Origin: Eledone cirrhosa
Lineage: Eukaryota
DNA length: 64,000 nucleotides
Reading direction: 5' to 3'
Assembly: GCA_964016885.1 (NCBI GenBank)
Contig: CAXHJY010000834.1
Coordinates: forward strand, 124,001-188,000
The translations under genes were made by a program, and so were the position numbers. The notes beneath the pieces were generated by a model, which saw only the letters and a program-made list of their open reading frames with translations, did not search any database and had not been told where the DNA came from. Shown one piece after another: positions 13,571-27,651 of this stretch (position 1 is the stretch's first letter; every line of letters begins with the position of its first letter).

Positions 13571-13729
13571 GAAATAAGTGGGAGGAGGAGAAGGAGAAGA
13601 AGACAATATTTATTTCAATAGAATGCATACAAATATATACAATTTATTTTAAAAAATAAAGTAAAATGTAAAAATTGGGAGAAGACCTGCACATTCAATC
13701 CCATATTACAATTGGGGGCTGGAGTTTCC

Positions 13730-14090
13730 CTCTAATAATTTTTGAGGCAAGCTGAGACTTACAGTATTGCCACAGGTGATAGTGGGGCTAAGACACTGAA
13801 ATAATCAAGCACACTCATGGGCATCACCTGCTGCATCAATCAGGCAAGCTGCCAACAATGACAGAAACATCATTGTCAGAAGGTCAGCTCCCCTAAACGT
13901 CTCCAACACCGCATGTTGTAAAAAATAGTTTGCCACTAATTCCTAATATTTTAGAATTTTATTCTGTTCTGTTACATAAGCAGTAACCCTCAACCTCACC
14001 ATACCATAGGAAGGAACAAAAGAGTTACTAACTGTAGCATCCCAAATGAGACATCTACCTCTTACCCATGAGCAAAAGCATCTGGTTTCT
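13730..14090 (-). mobile_element. CRE-clade restriction-like endonuclease domain remnant
   Basis: Minus translation PWVRGRCLIWDATV...EQNKILKY.EL..NYF....LET...GDAHE...LFQ.LS..I..GN. Confidence 0.7.
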
Positions 14091-15559
14091 TCGCATCAAC
14101 TCTAAACAATCTGGCTGAATCAGGGGCTGCTTGATAAATAGGCTTAGCTCAGTGTGGAAAGTGAAGTGACCTTTATTTAGACAGTAACATGATCCATGAA
14201 GACCATCATCAATATCTAGTGCAAATAAGGCAGGCACAAGCAGGTTACCTTGTTGGACTCCTGAGGTGGATAAAATGAAATGGTCACCAAAGGCAAAATA
14301 GGAGGGCTCCTAATAAGTCTGCCAAGCAAAGTGGTAGAGCTCTGGGGATCCTCTCTTTCACTGAGCTGATGATGACATCAAGACTGATAGAATTGAATGT
14401 ATTTCTGAGAGGACAAACTTGGGGATCTCAAGTTGGTGAAATTGCTTGTTCCAAATTTCATTCTCTGAGGTTTGTACCACAAGCAGCTTCTTATTTGGCC
14501 TTAATGGCAATTTTCTATTTTGCATAGTCCTAAGATATATTTCAATGACTGGCTTTAACAATTTTTTGTTATGTGTATATGATCGAAATTTCTTAGTGAT
14601 AAGAAAACTGAGTTTCTAACTAATTTGGAATTGAGGTTCAGTTCTTGTTTAAATTTAACATTTCATACATCTCAGGTAAAAGAAATACTACAAGGGATTT
14701 TTGTAGTACCTGCTTACTGGCTTTCTCCCTGATAATGTACACATATGCATATATGTATGTGTTCAACAGACTTTAACTTTAATATGTACATACATACAGT
14801 TGACTACTAGTTTCTATCTCAAATTCCACCCACAAAGCTTTGATCCCAAGACTATAGTTAAAGACGCTTAGTAAGTGTATTTTACCATAGTAGGATTAAA
14901 TCTAGAACCATATGGTTGGTAAGCAAACTCTTAACCACACAGCTGTATAAGCAATTATCAATTATTTGTTGATTCAGCAACAGTAGTAAGAATGTATAGC
15001 TGTAGAATAATTGTTGCAACAAAAACTATTCTATAAGTGGTTGATGAATAGAGGCAAAGTAGAGACTTGTTGAGGACTTGTCAATCTTGGTACTCCTGTT
15101 GCTATGAGGAAGCATACCCAGTACAATCTTTAAATTTAAAGAGGTCAGTGAATGAAGACAGCATATGGTAGAAAGGACTCTTTAATCTTGTCAAGGACAC
15201 AACCTCTGTAATGCAGGTGCCACAATTAAATACATCAAGCAGACTTTTTAAATTGGTTGGCAAACAAAGACATGGTGAAGAAACTACTTTTTAGTCTTCT
15301 TGAGAACTTGGCAAACTCTGTAGTGTCAAGATAAAATGTATCTAGTACACTCTGTAAAGTGGTTAGTGAGATGCGGTCACCCAACACATCTAAGGCAGTA
15401 AGCCCAAATAAGGACTCAAACTGTAACAACCCATTATTATAATACAAACATGAAAAGAGGGCATAAAATTACGATGTTGATGCATAAATTAGTTTTTTTT
15501 TTTTTTCTGGCCATGTTGCACTGGATGGCATCCCATATGCTCTGGGGGGATTTGGCGTC

Positions 15560-17100
15560 AACAGGAAGAAGAGGAGAAAAGATGTCTACTGGGCAAAGTT
15601 CAAGCCAGTTCTAACTCTCACAGGTGGCCTCATGTTCCTCAATCACAGAGGGTTCCATGTTGATCAGGACGCAGCAAGAGGGTACCGACGAAAGAAACAC
15701 TAGCAAAGCCAGCAACACCGGAGACAAAGGCCACCATTTCTAACAGCTAAGGTGGCTTCTTGCCTTCCAAAGTCGTCAAACCTGACAATGCATATCTCCT
15801 CAGCTGCTGCTCAGATACAAGTGTCAAGGTCAGTGAGGAGTGATGCATGGCTATAGCAAGGAGCACCATGAAGTGTGTAGAGAAGCTTTGGCATGGCGAA
15901 GCAGTTCCTTAACAGAAAGAGGGCTGGATGGGCGTCAATCATGACCAGTCTGCTTGTGAAGGTTGTGAGCTGCTGGAGCTGGGACCTGATGGTGCAGCGG
16001 AGGGCTGGCGGGAGGATCAGCAACACAAGGATGAGGACATCCTCTTTCGGGGTCACCTACACCTGATGGAGAATGGATCGCACATCCGAGTTGGAGGCTG
16101 CAAAGCTTTCTGCATCGTGGTTTACATTCACCACCTTGAGGCCAGTTCTTGTCAGAACAGGAACCACCGATTGCAGGTCGTGGCAGATGGTCTCCACAGG
16201 CCTGCCTGACATGGCATCATCCAGGTACTGAGCGTTGAGAGGGGCCGTGTTGTTCTGAGCAATGTGGTCTATACCGTGAGCAAAGAGGAGGAGGCCCAAA
16301 GTGTCACCTTGTTGGAACCCAGTGGCTGAAGGTTTGACTGTGTCAGCAGCAAGGAGCATGCTCGGGTCTCCATATGACAGGTAGGCCAGCTGTTGAGCAG
16401 ATGGTCACGGTATAGGCAGTTGAAAGTATTCCCCTTGTCAAGCTTGACAATGAGGTGCCTGGCAGCCTTCGATGGAGCATATTCCACCCTCTTTCTTCCT
16501 GAGAGCGGTCAGGCTTGCTGGAAAGATGAGGCCGTGAATTTAAGGTTCTAGTGCGCCATGAATGAACCTGTTGATGAGTGCCACAATTGCACTCAGAAGG
16601 CAACACTCGGCTTTGGCCGACAGGGAAAATAGCAACACTTTGAGGTGGCCAGGCTGGAGACCATCAGTACCTCCGCTGCTGCTGGCAAGGAAGGACTTAA
16701 TAGCAGAGATGATGTCTGCATCTGAGTCTCAAATTGGGGTATGGGTCTGAGGGCAGCTCACGATGCTTGAGCCAAAGAGCAGCTAGGACCTACTCAGTGG
16801 GATGCAGGACGGTGTCCTCCGAGGCGACCACTCTGACCGTGACCAATATATCACCCTCAATTAGTTTGGCATTTACATGGTCGCGTAAACACTTTGTGCT
16901 GGCCTCAGGGGTGAATGATTGAGGGCACCTGAGAGCAGAGGGTATGGCGGTTTAGGGCACACTTGCCCAAAGTACGAAACATTGGCCTTGATAAAAGTTG
17001 CTGTCGAGAGGCTGCCTCAGTCAGTACCAGAGTTGGGAGGCCGAGGGCGAGTGGTGTGAAATGGGAGAGGTGCTCCCAGTTGCTGGCTTGATTAGCATCC
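15560..17100 (-). mobile_element. CRE-clade reverse transcriptase remnant
   Basis: KLDKGNTFN, GFQQGDTLGLLLF, YLDD, ALFLLRNCFAMPKLLYTL in broken frames. Confidence 0.75.
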
Positions 17101-17681
17101 AGAGCCCTCTCAATTGAGATATATATTAGATGAGCTAGCAGCTGAACTGTACAATAAAGTTATATCTGTATACATATAGAGTGGGTAACTGAGACTATAC
17201 CAATGAGAGGCCAACTAGGTCCGTAAATCAATTAAAGGTGTTAATCATTTTTTTCAATTTACAAGGAAATTCATATTTTCTGGTATCTACATATTACAAA
17301 AATGTGTATATTCAGATACACATTGGTGCAGTCTCAGTTACCCATCATCATCATCATTTTACGTCCACTGTTCCACACTTGCATGGGATGGATGAGTCTT
17401 TTTCAGATCAACATCTTTCCGCGTCACGTTTCTTTGTCATCTCTATGAACTTCAGTGATTTGAGACCATTTCTCACCACCTCCACTCAGGTCTTTCTCTA
17501 CTGGTAGTCCTTCACCCATATATATACACTTTATATGACTGTAGTTAGATAGCTTTCATCATCCACAAGTTTGATGAGTTACGGATTCCAGAGTTGGCGA
17601 GGTCAATACTGATTGTTCCTTGAGTTGATTGATCACAAGACGCACATAACCCATGAATAAATATAATGCTTTACTGATACT

Positions 17682-18440
17682 CATTATCATCATCAATTTT
17701 ACATCTGTTTTCCCATGCTTGCATGGGCTGGATGAGTCCATCTCAGTATGGCATCTCTCCACTCGTATTCCTTCATCATCTCCTCTGTGAATCTGTCATT
17801 TGAGGTCAGCTCTCAATCTCTGGCCAGAGCTTTCTTGGTCTACCTCTACCACAGCTTCCTAAACTGGTATTTCCTGGCACTCCTTCATCTAACAATCACC
17901 CTCCATGCGCATCGCATGCCAAAATCAACAGTCTTCTCTCCTGCACACTACCTCAGATTCCTCTTAAACTCAGCTTCTCCCTCAACTCGTCTAAGCTCTG
18001 CCTTTCTCCCACATTTACATTGCACATCCAACAAAACATGGTTGCTTCATTTCTCTCCAGTCTACATGTCTTCTGCAGCCACAGTCCATGTTTTTCACTC
18101 CCATGCAGCATCACACTTTACACACAGGCATCATATAATCGTCCTTTTGTACATAGGGAGAAACCTTTTGTGGTCAATAGTGGGAGTAACTCTCTGAACT
18201 TTTTCCATCCTATCCTTATTCTAGCTATTATGCTCTCAGAGCGCTCTTCTTCATTGTTAAGTGTCACCTAGATAGCAGAAGCAATCAACCACTTCTATGG
18301 ATTCTTCCTGTGACTAGAATAGGTTTACATTACTGGCTCTCTTCGCCTCGGTTACCCTTGTGCATTTTTTACAAAGTCTTCCTTTCCTGTTAGTCTAGCA
18401 GTTATCCCACTACATCTCTTGTGTACCTAAGATTTCCACA
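17682..18440 (-). mobile_element. Decayed RTE 3' fragment
   Basis: Similar to 30800-31397; (ATC)n tail at ~17685. Confidence 0.8.
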
Positions 18441-18956
18441 CACACATATATATATTGACAGTCAATTGACTTTCGTCAAATATATATATATCACATTCTG
18501 AAGTGAACGTCTTAAACTGCACAGCCATTCTTGTCACGTTTTTTTTTACAGCCTACTCCTGTTCTCTACAGGGAGAAGATAATATTTTTATCATTACCAT
18601 CATTTTACATCCATTTTCCATACTGGCATGGGTTGGATGGGTTGTCATTGTGTATGGCTAGACAGGGAAGATCTCATGTTGCTCATATCTTCCACATTTC
18701 ACATGGTTCATGGATACTATAGCTGGATAAAAGAAATAAAGGAAGAGGAGATTCACAGGCACAAATGAATATTTATTGTCCGAGCAGAAAATGAAAGTTA
18801 TGAAGAAACAATGATGAAGATATCAGTTCCCAGAAGATATCAGAATTTTAGAATACTTGCAAGCTGTTTGCAGTCTTCTTCAATCAGATTGAGGGAGGTA
18901 TATGCATAAAATGGGAGCCATATTTTTATACATACATACATGCATAGAAATATATA

Positions 18957-19064
18957 CAGGGTGTATCAAAAGCAATCATCTTACTTCAAAAGGCTATATT
19001 TTTTAAACAAATATTGCCTTTTTTGATACTTTTGAAATCCAATGATTCCTTTTGATACACCCTG
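18957..19064. mobile_element. 108-bp Tc1/mariner-type MITE
   Basis: 16-bp TIRs CAGGGTGTATCAAAAG / CTTTTGATACACCCTG, preceded by TA. Confidence 0.75.
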
Positions 19065-19074
19065 CATGTGTGTT

Positions 19075-19280
19075 TATACATACATATATATATATACACA
19101 CACATATATATCTACATACATATATATATATATATATACACATACATATATCTACATACATATACATATATCTACATACATATACATATATCTACATACA
19201 TATATATATATATATCTACATACATATATATATATATATACACATACATATATCTACATATCTATATGGATATATATATC

Positions 19281-19320
<40 letters not shown>

Positions 19321-19529
19321 TATATCTACATATATATATATATATATATATCTACATATATATATATATATATTCATATATCTACATATATATATATATA
19401 TATATATATACATTCATATATCTACATATCTATATATATACACACATATATATATATATATATACATATATATACATATACACACACATATATATATACA
19501 TACACACACACACATATATATATATACAT

Positions 19530-19560
<31 letters not shown>

Positions 19561-19950
19561 CATACACACACACATTTATATACACATATATATATACACA
19601 TACACACTTAGATATATACATACATATATATATATACATACATATACACATACATACATATATATATACATACATACATATATATATATATATACACACT
19701 TGTATGTATGCACATATACATTCACCCATGTGCACAAACACATGCAAATATATATATACATGCATGTATGTAGATACATATTAATATATACACGAGTGGG
19801 CACACATATCTTGATTATTGGGCATGTGCATATATATCTATATAATTGTGTGAAAACAAATCAATGACTATGAGCCTATTACGCATGTGTACACACCTAT
19901 ACATATAAAAGACAAAATGTACACACACACACACATAAAAGACAAAATGT

Positions 19951-19983
<33 letters not shown>

Positions 19984-20100
19984 CATACATACATGTTATA
20001 CATCCAAACATACATATATACGTATACATATTTATATTATGCACACATACATACGGACACATAAGTATATGTTATATAGACACGCATACACACACACATA
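19075..20100. repeat. Compound (TA)n/(CA)n/TCTACA microsatellite field
   Basis: Direct inspection. Confidence 0.95.
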
Positions 20101-20599
20101 TGTAGTTTTATGCTTATAGACAGAAATGCTATACTAGTTAATGCTATCTATTCATTCAACAATAATCTAAATAAAGATGGAAGTTTGTCTTCTAAAACAG
20201 ATTAGAGAACGTAGACTCATGTGTTTTGCTCAAAAAGTTACAATTCAAGTTGCAAGATTTTTGTGATGATTTCAGCACCAATTGCATAGTTACTTAACAA
20301 TAAATAGAAGAATTTATTTTTATTACATTATATATATATATATACACACACACAAACATACTAACATAATGAAAACATATATAGAAATCTACTCATACAT
20401 ACATACACACGTACACATATATATATATATTTATTATAAACTATACTTCTGGCCTGTAAATGGTGCCATGTGATGGCTGTGTGTATAGTAAACAAAATGA
20501 TAACGGCAAGGGTAGGAGTTCTCAGGATTGCAGTGCTCCTATTTAGGTGGAGATGAGAGTTGAAGTCATTACATACTAACAGTGATGTCCTCCTCTTCC

Positions 20600-20892
20600 A
20601 CCATTGTCATCATCAATGTATGTTAGTCTTAGGTTCTTCCGCGCATCAAGCAGTAAGTACTCGCCAACGGTCAAGATCAGCGGCAACTCTTTCGAGACCG
20701 TGCCAGGTGATGTTGGCTGCCATCAGGTCCTTCCGGAGCGTTCGTCGCCAGGTGATCCTTGGGCAACCCCGTCTCCGTTTACCGCCAGGTGGAGTCCAGT
20801 TCATCGCTGTTTTCGAATGCCGTTCATTTGGCAGATGCAGAATATGGCCAGCCAGACGGCACCGACGCTCCGTGACCACTCTCTGTATGTAT
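20600..20892 (-). mobile_element. 3' end of a third RTE-like LINE family
   Basis: RRCRLAGHILHL...WTPPGGKRRRGCPRITWRRT. Confidence 0.8.
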
Positions 20893-21029
20893 GGACCTAT
20901 AACTCCTGATGGTGTCACGGGAGTGCCATCATGACATACAGTGCGCCTTGGGCATTTTAAACCTGGCAGAAACCATCCCCTCTCCAGGTCAATTACTTCC
21001 AGAGAAGGAGAGACAAATATAAAGCATCA

Positions 21030-22040
21030 ACCCCAGTACTGGACTGGGTTTTTTTTTATTGACCTCTATAGGATGAAAGGCAAAGCTAACCTCAGTGATT
21101 TGAACTCAAAGATTGGATGGAGCTGAAACCACAAAGCATTCTATCTGATGTTCTAACAACTATCAATTTGCTGCACCATTATCATTAATAAGAATGATTT
21201 AAAAACATTTTTTTTCTGTATGCACACAAGGCTCGAGATTTATAAGTGGAAAAAGTGAGGTTGTGATATACATACTTTTTCACATTGTTTTTGATGACAG
21301 GACAGGAGCCCCTGTCATTAAAATACTCTAGAAACCTTTGATGTGCAACCTTATAGGAGGCCAGCTAAACCTGTATAGGTGTGAGCTCTAACAGCTTATA
21401 TATATATGTATGGATAGATAGACAAAGCAGCTAAGAAATCTTCTATGGGATACCACTTTGGCATTAGAACCATAAAGGAAGGACAACTGGCTTCGTTTGA
21501 GCCATAACTGATGTAGGGCACTATATATTCAGTGTCTTAATACTTGCCACTATAATTGTTTCTACATTTAATGATTTCTAATGTAGGCACATGGCCAGAA
21601 ATTTTGGAGGTGAGAGGTAAGTCATTTATATTGACCCCCAGTGGGATTTGAACTCAGAAGGTAAAGTATCATCCAATGCTCTAACGACCCAGCAAATCCA
21701 CTGCTCTATAATGGTTTCTAATTTAGGCACAAGGCCTCCAATTTTGGAGGAAGGGGAAAATTGGTTAAATTGACCCAAGTATTTGATTGATATTTCATTT
21801 ATCGGCCCCATGAAGGAGAGAAGGAAAAGTTGACTTCAGTGGGATTTGAAATCAGAATGTAAAGTGTTGTAACTAAATACCACAAAGAATTTTGTCTGAT
21901 GCTCTAACAATTCTGCCAATCCATAATAATGGTTTCTGATTTAGGCACATAGTCAACAATTCTAGGAGAGGGAAAGTCAATTAAATCAACCCCACTGGTA
22001 CTTTATTTTATTGACCCCCGAAAAGATGAAAGTCAATGTT
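21030..22040 (-). mobile_element. Cluster of decayed tRNA-derived SINEs in the same orientation
   Basis: Repeated GGTTTCTAATTTAGGCACAAGGCC ... GGATTTGAACTCAGAA modules. Confidence 0.75.
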
Positions 22041-22430
22041 CCAGACTGGAAAGGTAAATGAACATCAGTATGGAAATCTACACACACACACAAACAGATA
22101 GATACAAAACACACACATAAACATATACAGATACAAAACACACACAAAGAGATACAGATACAAAACACACACAGTACACATTATGCATATACACAACTGA
22201 AATGTCACCTTGTCTTGATACAATGAAGTGATGAATGGGACAGGGTAAAGAGAATGAATATGGTGAGAGTGGTGGGGAGGGGGACATGCTAATAAGAACA
22301 CACTGGTGGTGTAGCGGGGAGGAACAAGGGGGCTGCTACTGTAAAATTTGGTTGAAGCTTTCATTTCATTGAGTTACACAGCCACCTGTGCAACCCTTCA
22401 TAATGTTGATCTCTTGATGCCTGTGTGTGG

Positions 22431-22489
<59 letters not shown>

Positions 22490-22494
22490 TATAT

Positions 22495-22539
<45 letters not shown>

Positions 22540-23324
22540 CATACATATAAATTCATATATGTGTGTGCGTTTATATATATATATATATATATAAACAAAT
22601 GTGTGTGTATGTGAATTTTGGTAATGAAGCATAAAAGAAAAAAAAAGTTTTTAGAGTTGAATAAATGGTTGTTAAACCCTGTGTGTGAGATGATAGTGAG
22701 GGGAGAGGATGTAAGATTTGGGGCTAGGGCTTCGGTGTGAAAGGTATGAAGGGGTGTGCTAATTAATGCACCCCTCTTGACATATATTGAAAAACAGTTT
22801 TAAAAAAAGGCTTTTTTTCTTTTTTTTTTTTTGTTACACACCCAACACTGTACAACAATATTGAAAATGTTGTAGCATGTATAATGTGTGTGTGTGTACA
22901 TGTGTGTATTTATATATCTGTACGTGTAGTAATATACACACTGATTATTTTGATTGTTTTTCTAAACACACACACACCCACACACGTATGTATGTATGTA
23001 TGTGTGTGTGTATGTATGCATATATGTATATGCATATATATATATACGTATGTCTGCAATTGTGTGTTTGTGTTTATACAATTAATCAAATATGTGAATC
23101 AATGAAAGTAAAGTAACCATGCAGACATATACACACATAGTAAAGTATGTATAACACATGTGTGTATGGGTGTATGTGTCTGTGTAAATGAAAATGTGTT
23201 ACTATGTATCTATGCATGCAGGCATGCATTACACTTTGACAAAAAAAATTTCTACTCGTGGATAGTAAATTATAAAATACCATTAAAAAGTTACAATAAC
23301 AGTAGTAGTAGTAGTAGTAGTAAT

Positions 23325-23880
23325 TGTTTCTAACATAGGCACAAGGCCAGAAATTTTGTGAGAGGGGGAAGAAACAGTTGATTAAATTCCATACCATCTA
23401 TTTTACAGGTATATTATTTTTATTCTACCCCCAGCTCAAAAGGATGAAAGGCAAAATCTAACTCAGTAGGATTTGGAATTCAGAACATGAAAAAGGAACT
23501 TGACGTAAATATCGCAAAGCATTTCGTCTGAGGCTCTACCGATTCTGTCAATCCACATTAATAATGATAATAATAATGGTTTCTGATTTAGGCAAAAGGC
23601 CAGAAATTTTGTAGGAGGAAAGAACAGTACTTCACTGGTACTTTATTTTATCAACTCTCACAGAAGGATGAAAGGTAAAGTTGACTGTGGTGAGATTTGA
23701 AATTAAGAAAGTAATAAAAAGCTGGGATGAATACCACAGGGCATTTTTATCCAACTTTCTAATAATTCTGCCAATTCTATAATAATAATAATAATATTAA
23801 TAATAATACTAATAAGTGTTAAAGAACTATAGTAAATGTATAGTTTTCTGTAGAAGCCAAGAGGTCTATAGAAGAAGGGG

Positions 23881-23956
<76 letters not shown>

Positions 23957-24005
23957 TATATACATATATTTGTATGTTATTCCATCGAGTAATTCTGCCA
24001 AGCCA
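23325..24005 (-). mobile_element. Second cluster of the same SINE family
   Basis: Same modules at ~23325-23560 and ~23575-23780. Confidence 0.7.
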
Positions 24006-24399
24006 CAGAAGTCAAGCTTACACATCTGCAAGAAACATCATTTTTATTCTTTTCTTTATTTTTCCTTCAGAGTGAGTAGACAGAGTGGAGGCGAAGATTT
24101 GGCATCAGGGTGGTGGTGCACTGGAGGAGGAGAAGGGTCTGGGGCCAGAGGCTTTAGGCTAAATGATGAGGGGGGAATGGGGGAGAATGAACAAAACACT
24201 ATCAGAAACAGCAGCAACTGAAGCAATAGTGGCAGCTTGCTGTGGACAACGATAGATATCTGGAGAATTTATACATATAATATGTATGTCTATGAGTGTA
24301 TAGGTATACATATATATATATGTGTAGGTGTCTGTCTGTGAATATGTATATATATGTGTGTGTAGGTGCCTGTCTTCTGAATATGTATACATGTGTGTA

Positions 24400-25070
24400 T
24401 GTGTTGTTTTATTGCTGTTGACATTTTGTTTTTATTGTTAATGTTATATTTGCTTTTTATTTATTTGTTTTTGCTGTTTGTTTTGTTTCATTGTTATTGT
24501 TTCTGTTTTAATGCAGTTGTTGCTGTTTTAATGCTGTTGTTACTGCTGCTGCAGTTGTATAATTACTGCTGCCAATACTATTATTGAATTAGTGTCACTG
24601 TAATTGTTGTTAACTTTATTGCTACAGCTGGTGGTGTTGTTGCAATTGCTGCAACTATTGTTGTTGTTGTTATTGTTAATGTTAGTTCTCCTGTTCCAAC
24701 TATTGGAGTTATTGTTCCAGCTGTCATTGGTACAGTTGTTAATATACCTGCAATTGCTGCTCTTTGATGTGCTGCAATTGTTCTTAATGTATCTACAGTT
24801 GTTGCAGTTATTTAAAGTGCTGTAAAATATCTGCAATTGTTGTTCTTCAAAATATGCAGCTGTAGCTATTCTTTAAAATGATGTAGTTGTTGCTGTTGTT
24901 TAAAATGCTGCAGTTGTTTTCTATTTTACCAAATGCAGTAATCTGTTGTTGCTTTTATACTACTATTGCAGCCATTACTGTTATATGTGAAATCGCTGCA
25001 TCTCTGTGTTGCAGCTATTATTGCAGTTGTTGTTGTTCATGTTATGTTCAGTTATTGTTTCATTTTCATG
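24400..25070. repeat. Degenerate TTG/CTG low-complexity tract, probably 3' UTR of the minus-strand ZNF gene
   Basis: Lies immediately downstream of the stop at 25074. Confidence 0.6.
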
Positions 25071-25073
25071 TTG

Positions 25074-26042
25074 TTATGAATACAGAGCTTGCCATAAGTG
25101 ATTACTCACTTGGGAGTATTCTTTCATGTTTTTGTAAGAAGAACCTTTCAAAAAGTTGTTCTGCATGAACGACATTGTAGCTGGCGTCGGGTGGGGATGG
25201 TTGTGGGAATGGTTGTTATGGTGAGCATTTCGGAACTGGGCATGTGTTCGTTTGTGTCTCTGCAGTTTGTCTGTACGAGCAAACTGCTTTCCACATGCTT
25301 CGCAGCTGAATGGTTTCTCGCCGGTGTGCGTCCTCTTGTGGATCTGCAAAGTGTCTCGTCTTGCAAACTGTTGGATGCAGTAGTCGCAGCGGAATGGTTT
25401 CTCAAAGGTATGGGTCCTCTTGTGGCAGATGAGTGTGTCGCGACGAGCAAAACGATCTCCACAGACATCACAGNNNNNNNNNNNNNNNNNNNNNNNNNNN
25501 NNNNNNNNNNNNNNNNNNNNNNNNNNNNNNNNNNNNNNNNNNNNNNNNNNNNNNNNNNNNNNNNNNNNNNNNNNNNNNNNNNNNNNNNNNNNNNNNNNNN
25601 NNNNNNNNNNNNNNNNNNNNNNNNNNNNNNNNNNNNNNNNNNNNNNNNNNNNNNNNNNNNNNNNNNNNNNNNNCATATTGTTGCTGTTGTTTGTGTTGGT
25701 GTTGCTGCTGGCAGAGGATTCAGATGAGCAGGGCATTCGACCAAGACCGTGGGATCCTCCATGCTGTTGTTGGGGGTGGCAACCGGCATGGTTAGGATGG
25801 TGGTGGTGGTGGTGGTGGTGGTGGGGGTGGGTATGAGAATGCGGGTGGGTGTGAGAATGGGGGCTGGTGTGAGAATGGGGGCTGTTGTGAGAGTGGGGGC
25901 TGGAGTGAGAGTGGAGGGACTGTGAGTGCTGGCGCAACTCACAGCTCGGTGGTGCATACTGCATTCCACTGCACATATCTTCTCCAGCATGGTGTGCAAA
26001 TGGAGGTGCAGGGGGCATAGACCCGACAACTTTCTCGTTCAT
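25074..26042 (-). CDS. C2H2 zinc-finger protein with His/Pro/Ser-rich N-terminus; at least 3 fingers, middle lost in gap
   Basis: CxxC-x12-HxxxH fingers with TFEKPF/TGEKPF linkers; ATG at 26042 in AAAATG context with in-frame upstream TAG. Confidence 0.9.
   Translation of the reverse strand: MNEKVVGSMPPAPPFAHHAGEDMCSGMQYAPPSCELRQHSQSLHSHSSPHSHNSPHSHTSPHSHTHPHSHTHPHHHHHHHHHPNHAGCHPQQQHGGSHGLGRMPCSSESSASSNTNTNNSNNMXXXXXXXXXXXXXXXXXXXXXXXXXXXXXXXXXXXXXXXXXXXXXXXXXXXXXXXXXXXXXXXXXXXCDVCGDRFARRDTLICHKRTHTFEKPFRCDYCIQQFARRDTLQIHKRTHTGEKPFSCEACGKQFARTDKLQRHKRTHAQFRNAHHNNHSHNHPHPTPATMSFMQNNFLKGSSYKNMKEYSQVSNHLWQALYS
25474..25673. other. Assembly gap (200 N)
   Basis: N run. Confidence 1.
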
Positions 26043-26305
26043 TTTCAGTTTGGACGTCTGAAGCTACACCCTCTGCTGTACTTCAGGTGCAGTTTTTGCA
26101 GACAATTATTGTTATGATGCAGCAGCCACACTTGCAACAAATGTTTCAAGAGCATAACATGCACTGAAGCAGAGCAAAGTTCCTTTGAGATGGAGTGTTT
26201 GAGGAAAGATTCTGATCAAAATAAATGATATCCATTTCATGAACAGTTTGGCCTGCAGTGAGGTGAAATCGTCATTGCAATAATTTTCTTTAGTCCTCCT
26301 TTCCT

Positions 26306-26335
26306 GAAATAAATAGACAGAAATGTAAATATAGA
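26306..26335 (-). promoter_or_regulatory. Putative 3' splice acceptor of the ZNF coding exon
   Basis: Minus strand TTTCTGTCTATTTATTTCAG|GAAAGG. Confidence 0.6.
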
Positions 26336-27201
26336 TAGATAGAAAAAGAAAACAATACATCAATGTGAATGCATGTGTGTGTGTGTGTGTGTGTGGTTAA
26401 AATTGTTTCAGGAAAGCCAGTATAATTCATTGTTTTGAGGTTGGCAAATAAAGTACCAGGTCTGTACTTAGGCTCTATCAGGCTTAAGAAGCCCAAAGCC
26501 CCAATATCTTAGGCCGGTGTCCCTATGATTCCATCAGAACTTCAGAGTCCTTTCTTCTTACCTTTTTAATACAATCAGTTTATAATTGTTTTCATTTCAT
26601 GTCCATGTTGCAATACCTACTCCTGAGGGAAAGACTCTTTAAGCACAAAGCAGTGGCATACAGTTTGCGAATTTACATAGGTTTAGATTCCTTTCTAGTG
26701 CCAACCCTTTTAGCCACCCCTTACTTAATTAGCACTACTGAATCCTGAGTGGAATTCCACTATCAAGATTGCAGTATTGATTGACAGTGCCTCCTAGGTA
26801 GACAAACTGATTAACAACTCCAAGCCTTTTGCCATAAAGAGATATTTGGTTCACTGTACTTCTTAGCAGAGGTATGTTGGTACATGATAGTGGCTTTCTT
26901 GAGACTGATGGTCAGTCACGGGACAATGCAAGCATCAGAAAATGCATCTATAAGGTGTTACATATCAGCTTCTGTGTATACTAAAGATCGCAATCATCTG
27001 CACACAAAATGTTTCTTATGAGAGAGGTGATTACTTTTGCTTTTTCTGCAAAGTATATGATGTTAAATATGTTGCCAGAGGCTCGATAGTGGATGTAAAC
27101 ACCATGCTTGAAATTTTTCAATGCAATATAGAAAATTCATATAGATAAATGAAACCTCACTTTCTAATACCTCTCTCTCTATATATATATATATATATGT
27201 G

Positions 27202-27279
<78 letters not shown>

Positions 27280-27556
27280 TATATATATATATAGAGAGAG
27301 AGAGATATTAGAAAGTGAGGTTTTTTTACAAAATGAAAAATAACCGAGGTGTCCTACACGAGTGAAAGTATAAAGAAAAAAAGATGAAATTGAAAATGCA
27401 ACTGGAGTCTTATTTTTAAAATGATGTGAGAAAAACCACAGACCCTCCATCTCAACTCTACTTTTGAAAAGCAAAAGAACTGTGAAACCGGTAAAGGAAC
27501 CAAATAAATATATATATTTTTTTAAAATAAGACTCCAGTTGCATTTTCGATTTCAT

Positions 27557-27646
<90 letters not shown>

Positions 27647-27651
<5 letters not shown>

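Noticed and set aside
19042-20105. Long Y/I/H/T-rich ORFs here and at 22.3-23.1, 31.3-33.1, 34.9-35.5 and 41.9-42.5 kb
   Set aside because: Translations of (TA)n/(CA)n microsatellites
24393-25168. Leu- or Asn-rich ORFs
   Set aside because: Low-complexity triplet tract
25098-26117. Overlapping alternative-frame ORFs across the ZNF gene
   Set aside because: Shadow frames lengthened by the N gap
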